Shown here: piece after piece, positions 8,546 to 17,110 of the stretch
How positions within the stretch are numbered: position 1 is the first letter of the stretch
Layout of the letters: each line of letters opens with the position of its first letter
IMG/VR virus record: IMGVR_UViG_3300025621_001499
Span: 1 to 30,731 of that record
Reading direction: 5' to 3' (one strand)
Source: a virus
Lineage: Duplodnaviria; Caudoviricetes
Length of the DNA: 30,731 bases
The notes under the pieces: model-generated
What the model saw: only the letters and a program-made list of their open reading frames with translations
Database searches by the model: none
What the model was told of the DNA's origin: nothing
Program-made: the position numbers and the translations under genes

Positions 8546-8945
8546 TGCGGGTCACTCCGGTCTTGAGGATCCAGTCGCCCTCCCACATCAGCACCTCGCT
8601 GTCGGCGGGGCCGTAGCGCAGGTCGTATGAGAGCACGATCGGCGGGCTTGCCCGTCCCACGAGGGGCCAGGGCAGATCATCCAGCGTCGCCTCCAGGACG
8701 TTTAACGCGAGGTGACACGCCAGGCTGTCGATGACCTCGACCCGGTCGCCCGAAATGTCGTCGGTCGAGAGATCGAGCAGTGGATCGCCGGTAGCGCCAG
8801 GGTACTCGCGGACCTGCACCCAGACGCGGTTCCCGGTCAGCGGCAGGGGCTGGCGGGTTACCTTGTCGAGCATCCGGAAAGGCAGCCTCAACGGGCTGTT
8901 GCGCCAGACCGTGATCGCGAAGGAGGCCGGATCGAAGACGTTCAT
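8538..8945 (-). CDS. BppU-like fibre adaptor protein
   Basis: Start reassigned to MNVFDPAS (8945); 'PLPLTG...VQVR...YDL...LMWEG...GVTR' pattern. Confidence 0.7.
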   Translation of the reverse strand: MNVFDPASFAITVWRNSPLRLPFRMLDKVTRQPLPLTGNRVWVQVREYPGATGDPLLDLSTDDISGDRVEVIDSLACHLALNVLEATLDDLPWPLVGRASPPIVLSYDLRYGPADSEVLMWEGDWILKTGVTRNA

Positions 8946-8947
8946 GA

Positions 8948-11900
8948 TCAGGGGTCCGGGGAAATGGTGATGGGGGTGTTGCCGGTGCCGCCGGAACCAG
9001 GCGGAAGGGGCGTCTCGATCGGGTAGCCGCCGCCCACCTGGGTGGTGGTATGCCAGCCGACGAAGACGCGTCGGCCGGTGCGGGCCAGCGTAAGGGCAGG
9101 ATAGGCTTCGGCCGTATAACCCTCGTCCTCGCGCCAGAAGATGCCGTACTTCGTGGACGGATCGAGGTCCTCCACCGCCCCTTCGGGCAACTCGAGGATC
9201 TCGCCTGTGGCGAAAACGGCGACGTGCGCCTCGATGGCCACTTCGCTTTCGGTGACCGTGCCCGGTGCCGTTCCGGATGTCGTGTCCCGCCGCGTCGGAT
9301 CTCGAACGCCAGGGTCGCCGCCCGGTGTGGGATCGTCCAGGTCGCGGTCGATCAGGATCCCCGTCACGGCCAGCGGGTCCGACACCTGCCCCGCGGCGGT
9401 CACGGTCCGGATCTCGACATCCAGGGTCACGTCCCGGTCGTCGCCCGACAGGGTAGGCAGCAGGCGCGGGGGCGGTGTGGTGAGCATCCGCCCGGAGGCG
9501 GCCAGCGGCGGAAGGTCTGTCCAGCCGCCGGCATCGACGTCGTCCGGCGTGACGCGCCACCGGGCGTTGATGGCGACGATCGGCGAACCGTTCCATGCCG
9601 CAACCGAAAAGCTGACCCTGACCCCGCTCGCCGCGCCCTGTGTGCCCAGCAGGAAGGGCGTCGGGGGCTTGCTCCGGGACGTGCCGGTCAGGCCTGTCGT
9701 CAAGCCGGGCACGTCAGCCTGCTCGGCGGCGATGAGGGCCGGTGCCACATATTTCCGGCCAGTGAGGCGCGCGGTCAGGTCTTCGGAAGGCTCGATACCC
9801 ACCAGTTCGAGGTCGCTTGTGACGGTGCCGGTCTTGCCCCAGGCGATCAGGTCGCCGGCGGACGGACTGTCCTCGATGGCCCGGGGCGTGGCGAACAGGA
9901 TTTCGCGCGACGCGCCGGCCACAGTGACCAACTCGACGCCCCTGACGGCCTGCCCGGCGAATCGCAGGTCGGCCGCATAGTCCTCGCCGGGCACCATCTC
10001 CACGTCCTGGTCCAGCCTCAGCCCTGTCACCAGGCCGCCGGCGAACCGGCGGGCCCGGACACGCGCCTCGCCCAGACCCTCGGCCACGCCGCGCCAGCTC
10101 AGCAGCACCCGATCGCCATACCCGGCGCTCAGGTATTCGACGTCCGTCATCCAGGTCTCGACCCGCCGCTGCAGCCGCCGCCGTTCCAGTTCCCAGACCC
10201 CGTCCCGGTAGGCGCGCTGGATCGATCGTTGACCATCGACGCGGAACGCTTCGACCCGCGTGGCGGCCAGGACGGGGGGATCGGCCTCGGGATCGGCCAT
10301 AGGGCCATACCCGCTGGCATAGACATAGACCTCGTCCGCATCGCCGCGCTCGGCGATATTGGCGAACTCGACGCGCAGGGCGTGCACGGTTTCAGGATAG
10401 ACGATTGATCCCGACCGCTCGCGCAGGTTCCGGCCGGTGAACATCTGGCGAGGCGCGGGGCGTTCCGCCCAGCAAGCCGCCTGCAGGGCCTGTCCGTCCC
10501 ACCACAGACTGGCCCGGCCTGTCGCCTCGACAAGGGCCAGGACGTCCTTCTGGCTCTGGTCGGAGGTGATGTAGAGCCCGGCCATCCAGTCGTACTGTAC
10601 GCACGTCTCGAACCAGTCGGTCAGGCCGGCATCGGCCTGGTCTGGCGTCAGGGGCTTGGCGGGCGCAGGTCCGGTCATGAGCCAGCGGGTGAGGGCCGCC
10701 GGATTGCTGGTCGGCTCGGCCGTCGTCCAATCCGCCGCGCCGGCATCCCAGACTTCACAGACAGGTTCGATGCGGCAGGTGATGGCCGCGAGCGTGCCTT
10801 GATTGAGCGACGTGGCCTTTACCTTGAACTCGATGATCGACAGGACCTCGTCCGCCACCGGCTTGCGAAAGGCGATCGCCTTGATAGCCACCAGGACGAT
10901 CCGGTCGTGCCGCTTTTCGTTGTCGTCATCCGGGACGTTCCGGATGATCTCGAACTCATAGCGACCCAGGCTGCGCTGGACCGTATGGGTGTGGCGGACC
11001 GGTTCGCGGGTCCGGTTGGTCAGGCTGAAGCTGCCGGCGGCCGTCCACGCGCCTGCGGGCAGGCCAAGGTCATCGAGCGGTCTTGCTCTCACCGTGACCG
11101 ACACCGTGGCATTGATCAGGCGACCGTCTTCCTTGGCGAAATGCAGCCCTTCCGGCAGGAAGAAATCCAGCTCGAACGTCTCTCCCTCCGAGCCCGCCGC
11201 GCGGACCACGGCGGTGACACCGTCCTTGTTCAGCTCTTCGGTGAGGTCCAGTTGGTCCGTGTCGTTGGGATAAAGGGTGAAGGTTCGCGGGCCGGGCTCC
11301 AGATGCTCGACCATTTCGAATTCGTCGGCAGACAGGCTCGACACCAGGGTATCGCCGATGCGCAGCTCCGAAACGACGCACGGGCCGTAGTGCAGGCCGA
11401 GGATGCCGAAAATCCAGTTGTCGTCGCCGATGTTCCGCGTGAACGTCTTGGCCGCCATGTCGGGCGCCACGACGACCGCCCCCAGGGCCAGTGGCATGGA
11501 CTGCCAGGGCCGCCACTGGTTCGTGGCCCCCTGCAGGGCGAACTTGTCGCCGGAGGCACCGCCGGTCGCCTCGGGCTTGAACAGCTCGGCCGAGATTGCG
11601 GAGCCCACGGCCACGACGGCGGCGGCGGCGACGGCCCTCACGATCGTGGCCGCCTGCATCAGCGGTCCGGCTGGACCTCCGACCCAGGCCGATACGACGA
11701 TGATGGCCAGCTGGAACAGGACCTGTCCGATATCCTTGCGGCGGCCACCGCCGCCTTCCAGTTCAACGACCACATTGATCTGGTCGCGCGCGCCGATCAC
11801 CACATCCAGCGTCTGGGCCCGGTCGAGGGCCACGCCGTTCCTGTAGACGACGGTCCGTTCCAGATCCTCGACGGGCAGGGCGCCGGCCTCGACGGCGCGG

Positions 11901-12001
11901 GCCAGCACGATGCGAAGGGTCTCGCCGGGAAAGGCCGCGATCTGGCGCGGCGCTGCAGCGAAGGGCAGGGAGACGTGCGCGACCTCGGCATCAGCGTTCA
12001 T
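8948..12001 (-). CDS. Tail tip / host-specificity protein (TipJ-like, with an N-terminal gpI-like ubiquitin-fold segment)
   Basis: 1017 aa; 'LEGGGG' followed by a hydrophobic stretch, 'PLALG', 'TSNPAA', and an FnIII-like C-terminal part. Confidence 0.85.
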   Translation of the reverse strand: MNADAEVAHVSLPFAAAPRQIAAFPGETLRIVLARAVEAGALPVEDLERTVVYRNGVALDRAQTLDVVIGARDQINVVVELEGGGGRRKDIGQVLFQLAIIVVSAWVGGPAGPLMQAATIVRAVAAAAVVAVGSAISAELFKPEATGGASGDKFALQGATNQWRPWQSMPLALGAVVVAPDMAAKTFTRNIGDDNWIFGILGLHYGPCVVSELRIGDTLVSSLSADEFEMVEHLEPGPRTFTLYPNDTDQLDLTEELNKDGVTAVVRAAGSEGETFELDFFLPEGLHFAKEDGRLINATVSVTVRARPLDDLGLPAGAWTAAGSFSLTNRTREPVRHTHTVQRSLGRYEFEIIRNVPDDDNEKRHDRIVLVAIKAIAFRKPVADEVLSIIEFKVKATSLNQGTLAAITCRIEPVCEVWDAGAADWTTAEPTSNPAALTRWLMTGPAPAKPLTPDQADAGLTDWFETCVQYDWMAGLYITSDQSQKDVLALVEATGRASLWWDGQALQAACWAERPAPRQMFTGRNLRERSGSIVYPETVHALRVEFANIAERGDADEVYVYASGYGPMADPEADPPVLAATRVEAFRVDGQRSIQRAYRDGVWELERRRLQRRVETWMTDVEYLSAGYGDRVLLSWRGVAEGLGEARVRARRFAGGLVTGLRLDQDVEMVPGEDYAADLRFAGQAVRGVELVTVAGASREILFATPRAIEDSPSAGDLIAWGKTGTVTSDLELVGIEPSEDLTARLTGRKYVAPALIAAEQADVPGLTTGLTGTSRSKPPTPFLLGTQGAASGVRVSFSVAAWNGSPIVAINARWRVTPDDVDAGGWTDLPPLAASGRMLTTPPPRLLPTLSGDDRDVTLDVEIRTVTAAGQVSDPLAVTGILIDRDLDDPTPGGDPGVRDPTRRDTTSGTAPGTVTESEVAIEAHVAVFATGEILELPEGAVEDLDPSTKYGIFWREDEGYTAEAYPALTLARTGRRVFVGWHTTTQVGGGYPIETPLPPGSGGTGNTPITISPDP

Positions 12002-12118
12002 CGATCACCTCGATCACATAGGTCGGCAGGTAGAAGCCGGCGGCGCGGTAGGGACATCCGTCGCGACATCCAGCACGACCTGCGCCGCGCCCCTCGATAT
12101 CGGCGCATCGAATGCCAT
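11991..12118 (-). pseudogene. Deletion scar: a gene start directly after terS fused to a gene end (NlpC/P60-like) directly before the tail tip
   Basis: ATG 2 nt after the terS stop gives only 34 aa (12118-12014, MAFDAPISRG...). A second frame, GCPYRAAGFYLPTYVIEVIDER* (12059-11991), has GC3-rich codons, no start of its own, and overlaps the tail-tip start. Confidence 0.7.
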
Positions 12119-12120
12119 GG

Positions 12121-12771
12121 TCAGGCCGCCGCCACAGCCGCTCCGCCGAAACCGGCGACGTGACTGGCGGCGGTATCGTGCAGCTGCTCCTTCGCCGCCT
12201 CGATCAGGCGGGTCGTCGCGGCCGTTCGGGCTGCCCGGATGGCCTTGCGGATCTCTGTGCCGGCCTCGGCACCCAGTTTGGCCGTTAGGCTCTGCTCCTG
12301 GCGGGCCAGCTCGGCGGTGTAAGCGCCCATCATGGCCGAGACCACTACGCGCAAGTCCTCGATTGGAATGAGGCGACCGGCCTCGACGTCTTCTTCCCGG
12401 CGTTTGCGGCGCAGCTCGATCTGCTGCAGCTCGACCTTGCCGGCCGTAAGCGCCGAGCCGCCCGATGTCGGGCCATCATCATCGGCATCGTAAGACGCCG
12501 CCGGCGCGAATGCCGTTCGCGTCGCCGGCACCGGCTCGATCTCGCGCGCCATGCGCTTGTCGACCACGAAAACCGAGCTCGAACGGTGACGGGTAAGCGC
12601 CGCCAGGTCCACGTAGCGGAACTTGCCGTCCTTCCGCTGCGGGACATCGGGGTTGCGGGCCAGGTACCGCGACACATTCGAGGCATCGATCGTGTCGCCT
12701 TGGCGTGTCAACGCCGCCGCTGCGGCGGCGACGGTGACCCAGCCCGGTTCGGGCGGGTTCCGTGCGCTCAT
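12121..12771 (-). CDS. Terminase small subunit, Nu1-like
   Basis: N-terminal HTH, coiled coil 'ELRRKRREEDVEAGRLIPIEDL'; lies directly after a cos-like site. Confidence 0.75.
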   Translation of the reverse strand: MSARNPPEPGWVTVAAAAAALTRQGDTIDASNVSRYLARNPDVPQRKDGKFRYVDLAALTRHRSSSVFVVDKRMAREIEPVPATRTAFAPAASYDADDDGPTSGGSALTAGKVELQQIELRRKRREEDVEAGRLIPIEDLRVVVSAMMGAYTAELARQEQSLTAKLGAEAGTEIRKAIRAARTAATTRLIEAAKEQLHDTAASHVAGFGGAAVAAA

Positions 12772-12820
12772 GCGTGCAGTTTCCGTGCGCTACTCGCTGT
12801 TACGTGCGCGATCCGTGCCA
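12758..12820. repeat. CGTGC-core direct repeats, putative TerS-binding (cosB-like) sites
   Basis: CGTGC at 12761, 12773, 12784, 12803 and 12814; TTCCGTGCGCT occurs twice (12758, 12781). Confidence 0.55.
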
Positions 12821-12844
12821 CGCATGCGAGATTTGGCTGTTTTG

Positions 12845-12900
12845 AAAAGTCTCACGCCCTGCCCGACCGTATTGGGCTGGAGGACCCCGGAAGGACCCGC
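12845..12900 (-). other. Lambda-like cos site (cosQ + cosN)
   Basis: Minus strand reads CGGGTCCTTCCGG...TACG-GTCGGGCAGGG-CGTGAGACTTTTC, paralleling lambda CGGGTCCTTTCCGG...TACG-GGGCGGCGACCT-CGCGGGTTTTC. Confidence 0.7.
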
Positions 12901-12956
12901 GAGGGGGAGGGGGGTGCCCATCGACGATGCGACTTGGCTCCTATCTTAGGTGCGCG

Positions 12957-12986
12957 AAAGCCCGCCTGGTCAGACCGGGCGGGCTT
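12957..12986 (-). terminator. Intrinsic terminator between the NusG-like gene and cos/terS
   Basis: AAGCCCGCC (12958-66) pairs with GGCGGGCTT (12978-86), with an inner stem and a short T run on the minus strand. Confidence 0.6.
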
Positions 12987-13043
12987 CGAGAGAGACTGGT
13001 CTTGGATGGCTACCGCACGGACGCTCGCCGGGAGCAGTCCGTT

Positions 13044-13604
13044 TCAGGCGGATCGTTTGGCTACCGCGTCAACGCTAACGACTTGGCGCGAATCACGTCC
13101 GAGAAGCGAGACTATGATCGCAACGCGCTTCGCGTCAACCGGCTCGATGAACACCGCTTCGATGTCTGCCGACCGACCGTGGTAGGTGACAGCCGCTCCG
13201 CGCTCGAACTTGGACTTCACGCCGTCCGTCCCGGGCATGACGATCAGGCCGTTGACCTCGCGCATCTGCAACTGCTCGATCCAGCTGTTCGGCAGGGCAC
13301 GAGGCCGGGCCGCGTCGCCGCTGCCCGAGGTGTAGATGCTGTGCACGCCGAACGTGGAGTAGATCTTGCGCCAGCCCGGAGCATCGAGGTCGACAGCCAC
13401 GAACAGATAGCCCGGCAGGAACGGTCGGGGAGCGGGCGCCTGCCCCGGCTTGTCGCTCAACGCCCGCATCGCCGGAGCGTGCATGGGCAGATAGACCTCA
13501 AAGCCTTGGCGTTCGAGGTTCTCCTTCGCCAGGCGCTCACGCCCCCGCTTGGCTATGACGAGATACCAGAAGTATCCCCCTATTCTTGGTTGGTTATTTT
13601 TCAT
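13044..13604 (-). CDS. NusG/RfaH-family transcription antiterminator (late regulator)
   Basis: 'WYLVIAKRGRERLAKENLERQGFEVYLP' and 'PFLPGYLFV' NGN domain plus a KOW-like C-terminus; start set at MKNNQP. Confidence 0.9.
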   Translation of the reverse strand: MKNNQPRIGGYFWYLVIAKRGRERLAKENLERQGFEVYLPMHAPAMRALSDKPGQAPAPRPFLPGYLFVAVDLDAPGWRKIYSTFGVHSIYTSGSGDAARPRALPNSWIEQLQMREVNGLIVMPGTDGVKSKFERGAAVTYHGRSADIEAVFIEPVDAKRVAIIVSLLGRDSRQVVSVDAVAKRSA

Positions 13605-13660
13605 CTCTATCAATCCTGACCAACATCTCACACCGACCGACCTGACACCTCACCGCACAC

Positions 13661-13892
13661 CACAGACAGACGTTCACGCCTGCATCCGTCTGCGTTCGCC
13701 CGCACGTCGCGCACTCATGGAGGCCTTCCCCGACCAATCGTCTGCAAGGTCTGTAAGGTCTGTAACGCCATATAAATCAGGGGGTTAAACAGCAGACCTT
13801 TCGGCGCTCGACAGACCGTTGATCGTCTGTAATTCGGCCGCCGGGGTTCAAACCGCACAGACGATAGGGCTGATCCTCTGTAATCGTCTGTC
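13661..13892. repeat. Iteron-like GTCTG/CAGAC repeats, putative replication origin
   Basis: About 11 copies in both orientations, including three 9-bp-period tandem copies at 13740-13766 next to an AT-rich patch; directly downstream of the helicase gene. Confidence 0.6.
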
Positions 13893-13893
13893 G

Positions 13894-15471
13894 TCACGGT
13901 TCGCGCTCCCACTCGGGACCGAGGTCGTTGCCGTCGAAAGCCGAGCTGCCGATCGGGCCGCCGGCGCCAGGCCCGTTCATGTCGCCGGCCGAGCGCACAT
14001 AGGCCCCCTTCAGCCTCAGCCCGCGACGGGTGACACGCCCGTTGCCGCCCATGCCAGCCGTCAGGATCTGCATGTCACCCAGGGCGGCACCGAACGCCTT
14101 CTGGGACATGGGCCGGTCGTGGCCCTGGTCTTCCATCCAGGCCTTGTAATCGTTGTAGAGCTGCGACGCCTCGACCCGACTGTCCGGGTCCTTCTCCGTC
14201 CGCGCATCCAGCCACTGGGCAAAGGGGTTGGACCCCTTGCGATAGTCTTCCAGGGCGTCCGTGACCGATTGCGGATCCTTCAGCCCCTCGGCCATCCACA
14301 GCAGAACGCCATCCCTCAGCCAGTTCAGTATGCCTGGCAGCTCGGCCTTGAGCTTGCGGGGCAGCGCACCGTCGCGCTGGTTGTCGGGCACCTGGACGCG
14401 GAAGGGAACGATCTTCAGTCGGCGCCATATGCCGTCGTCTGTGTCGTTGACAGCGGGCCGCCTGTTGCACTCGATGAACGGCTTGCCGATGCTCTCGAAC
14501 TCGAAAAGGCCCTGACGCAGCTCGCGAGCCTTCATCTTGCCGCCGCCGGTGAACTGCTTGATCGCACCGGTAGCCAGCTTGGAACCGGATGGCGGCTCCC
14601 CGGCCGAGATGAACCGGGTGTCTCCGGCCAGCGCCGCGACGTCCGGGCTGGCCTCGCTACCTCGCTTCAGTCCCGTGTCCAGGAACGTCTCGATCGCCGA
14701 CACCGTGGCATAGGTGCCCAGCGTCTCGCGCACGGCATTCACGATCGTCGATTTGCCGTCGCCGCCCTTGCCCTGGAACACGAAGAACTTTTGCTCTTCG
14801 GTAGAGCCGGTCGAAGCATAGCCCATGGTCTTGTGGACGTAGTGCCGGTCTTCATCGACGGGCAGGGCGAAATCGACCACGCCCTTGAACAGGGTCGCCG
14901 ACGCCTCCGGATCGTAGTCGCACGCCACCATTCGGGTGAAGCGATCTCGCGGGTCGTGGCCCTTCTGGAACGTGACCTGCGGCACGCCGCTCGCATCCTT
15001 CCGGAACCGCAGCACGCCGTTGCGACAGTTCAGGGCCATCGGGTCCTGATCGAAGTCGGCGATGTCGACGGTCAGATAGGGTGCGGCCATGGCCATCATC
15101 CCGCCGACCTTGCCGTTGTTGCCGGCGCTGACGGCAAAATCGCGGATGGACTGGATGGTGCGGGCAGACCAGCCCTTCTCCAGTCCTTCGTCGGCGCGGA
15201 TCTGCATCTGTTCGAACAGCGCACCGACGACGCGCGTGGCGTGCCGATGCGCCAGGTCCTCGCCCCGCTCCAGATCGAAGCAACCGCGCGAGAACGCGAT
15301 CCAGCCGCGCCGCCTCAGGTACAGGACCGTACAGGCCGACAGGTCAGGGTCGCCGTATTCGTCGAAGACGCCGCCAGCCATTCGGATGAACCGCTTGGCA
15401 TTGCCCCAGTCGGACAGCTCATAGCGGGCCAGTTCCTCGGTCGATGGCGCTGATGCAAACTCGAAACTCAC
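13894..15471 (-). CDS. D5/P4-family primase-associated SF3 helicase
   Basis: 'LSDWGNAKRF', 'LNCRNG', Walker A GKGGDGKST, 'DDGIWRR'. Confidence 0.93.
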   Translation of the reverse strand: MSFEFASAPSTEELARYELSDWGNAKRFIRMAGGVFDEYGDPDLSACTVLYLRRRGWIAFSRGCFDLERGEDLAHRHATRVVGALFEQMQIRADEGLEKGWSARTIQSIRDFAVSAGNNGKVGGMMAMAAPYLTVDIADFDQDPMALNCRNGVLRFRKDASGVPQVTFQKGHDPRDRFTRMVACDYDPEASATLFKGVVDFALPVDEDRHYVHKTMGYASTGSTEEQKFFVFQGKGGDGKSTIVNAVRETLGTYATVSAIETFLDTGLKRGSEASPDVAALAGDTRFISAGEPPSGSKLATGAIKQFTGGGKMKARELRQGLFEFESIGKPFIECNRRPAVNDTDDGIWRRLKIVPFRVQVPDNQRDGALPRKLKAELPGILNWLRDGVLLWMAEGLKDPQSVTDALEDYRKGSNPFAQWLDARTEKDPDSRVEASQLYNDYKAWMEDQGHDRPMSQKAFGAALGDMQILTAGMGGNGRVTRRGLRLKGAYVRSAGDMNGPGAGGPIGSSAFDGNDLGPEWEREP

Positions 15472-16814
15472 GCCTTCGGTCCTCCGGACAGGGCTCGCGC
15501 CCTCAGCTCATCATTGAAATCTCGCCCGGGCGCAGGGGCCCAGATGCGCACGGCCTTCGCACCGGCCTGTCGCCAGTGCTGTTCGGCCAGTCCGCCGCAC
15601 ACCCGGGCGCGGACCTCGCTGTCCAGCGGTCGCCGCCACGTGCCGCCGCCCGCCTTGCGGACCTTGCGCGTGATGGTCGCCATGTCCCGGTCGACGCAGA
15701 TGCGCACCTCGCCCCAGGGAGAGGATTCTGGCTCTGGCCAGGTGAAGGCCGGGGCCTCGGGGTCCGCCTTGGGCGTGTCCACATTGACCCGGCCATAGGC
15801 ATCCTGCTGCCATCCGCCCTGCAGCGCATTCAGGCTCAGCGCCGCCACCATCCGCACCGGCTCGTTCGCCAGACAGGCCGCCGACAGCACGCTCTCGATA
15901 CCCTCGCCGACGATCAGCGGCCCGATCCCCGATGGCGGGCTCAGCCACGCCCCGCCCCATCGATCCGGCCTGTCGTCGCCCTGCAGCAGCGCCGCCGGTG
16001 ACAGCTTGGGATCACCCCAGATGGTCTTGGACCGATCGACCCGCGCCCGGCGCCAGATCATGTCGCCGTCCTCGGCCAGATAGGTGACATGCACACCGCC
16101 GGTCGGACGCACATCCAGGCCCAGCGGCGCGACGATCAGGGCCAGCATGGCGGGCAGGCGCAGCGCCTTCTCTTCGCGCCCGGAATGATAGGCGGCGGGG
16201 TGATAGCGCAGCTGCTGCAGGGCCAGGTCCAGGGGGCGGCCCTCGATGCCACGCGCCCGCAGATACAGCTCGACCGGCGTGCCCGCCGCTGGCCGACCCT
16301 CGGCCCAGAGACCTGCGGCCAGGCTTCCGATCCACTGGTCGCGATCGGCGTCCTTGCGATCCTGCTCGGCACGCCGCGCCGCCCGCTCCGCCTTGCGCTC
16401 CAGCGCGTCTTGGGTCGCCGACGCCGACCGTGCACGATCCGCCGCACTCAGGCCGGTGCCCGTCACGCCCTGGACGGGCCGGTAGTCGTCATCCCGCGCC
16501 TTGCGCTCGGCATCGATGACGGCCAGGTCGACACCGGCCAGACGCGCCGCCGCATGCCGGATGGTGTCGGTCCCCGTCGAATGCAGGATATGCTCCAGAT
16601 CGATCACCGACCCGGACTCGCCACAGCTGAAACAGCCCCAGCGGTTGCGGCCTTCGTCGATCCAGAAGGCCCCGTCCGCCTTCTTGCCTGCGCTGCAGCC
16701 GTTGACCGGACATTCGCCGCGCATGGTCCGGCCGGCGCGATATAGTTTCAGCCCGCTGGCCACATCGCGGATGCTGCCGCGCACTTGGGCGTCTTCGAAC
16801 AGGGTGTCCCGCAT
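15468..16814 (-). CDS. Primase-like protein: CHC2-type Zn finger plus Toprim domain
   Basis: CP..C...W.CFSCG Zn finger, 'YLRARGI', 'VGEGIESVLS', 'DRD', 'DFND'. Start is ATG 16814 or GTG 16817. Confidence 0.88.
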   Translation of the reverse strand: MRDTLFEDAQVRGSIRDVASGLKLYRAGRTMRGECPVNGCSAGKKADGAFWIDEGRNRWGCFSCGESGSVIDLEHILHSTGTDTIRHAAARLAGVDLAVIDAERKARDDDYRPVQGVTGTGLSAADRARSASATQDALERKAERAARRAEQDRKDADRDQWIGSLAAGLWAEGRPAAGTPVELYLRARGIEGRPLDLALQQLRYHPAAYHSGREEKALRLPAMLALIVAPLGLDVRPTGGVHVTYLAEDGDMIWRRARVDRSKTIWGDPKLSPAALLQGDDRPDRWGGAWLSPPSGIGPLIVGEGIESVLSAACLANEPVRMVAALSLNALQGGWQQDAYGRVNVDTPKADPEAPAFTWPEPESSPWGEVRICVDRDMATITRKVRKAGGGTWRRPLDSEVRARVCGGLAEQHWRQAGAKAVRIWAPAPGRDFNDELRARALSGGPKA

Positions 16815-16840
16815 CACGCAGCCTCATGAAAACGCAGCGG

Positions 16841-16900
16841 GCGTGTGTAATCGTGTGTATTGCGCTTGCGGTATCTGTGTGCGTGTGTATAACTACACAC
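16841..16900 (+). promoter_or_regulatory. hicAB promoter and operator
   Basis: TTGCGG (16866) - 16 nt - TATAAC (16888); palindrome GTGTGTA-N4-TACACAC (16883-16900) over the -10; extra CGTGTGTA copies at 16842 and 16852. Confidence 0.75.
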
Positions 16901-17089
16901 ATGAAAAGCGGCGACGTGATCAGTGTTTTGGAATCGAACGGCTGGGTCCGCGTTGCCACCAAGGGCTCGCATGCCCAGTTCAAGCATCCGAGCCGCAAGG
17001 GACGGGTCACCGTCCCGCATCCGAAGAGGGACCTGCCGATCGGCACCCTCAAGAGTATCGAAAGTCAGTCCGGCCTCAGAATTCGCTAG
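16901..17089 (+). CDS. hicA: HicA family toxin
   Basis: 62 aa, 'GW...KGSHAQFKHP...GRVTVPHPKRDLPIGTLKSI'. Confidence 0.95.
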   Translation: MKSGDVISVLESNGWVRVATKGSHAQFKHPSRKGRVTVPHPKRDLPIGTLKSIESQSGLRIR

Positions 17090-17110
17090 GGCCGGACGCA
17101 AGGAGTCACC

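Noticed and set aside
9050-12163. Long plus-strand ORFs (452 and 454 aa) over the tail-tip gene
   Set aside because: GC-rich antisense shadows with no independent evidence.
13661-13892. CRISPR array
   Set aside because: Repeats are 5-9 bp, irregular and in both orientations; no spacers and no cas genes.
13819-15453. 544-aa plus-strand ORF
   Set aside because: Antisense shadow of the D5 helicase; no motifs and no coupling to neighbours.
16826-16900. 25-aa N-terminal extension of HicA given in the ORF track
   Set aside because: It overlaps the promoter and operator; the family-typical start is MKSGDV at 16901.
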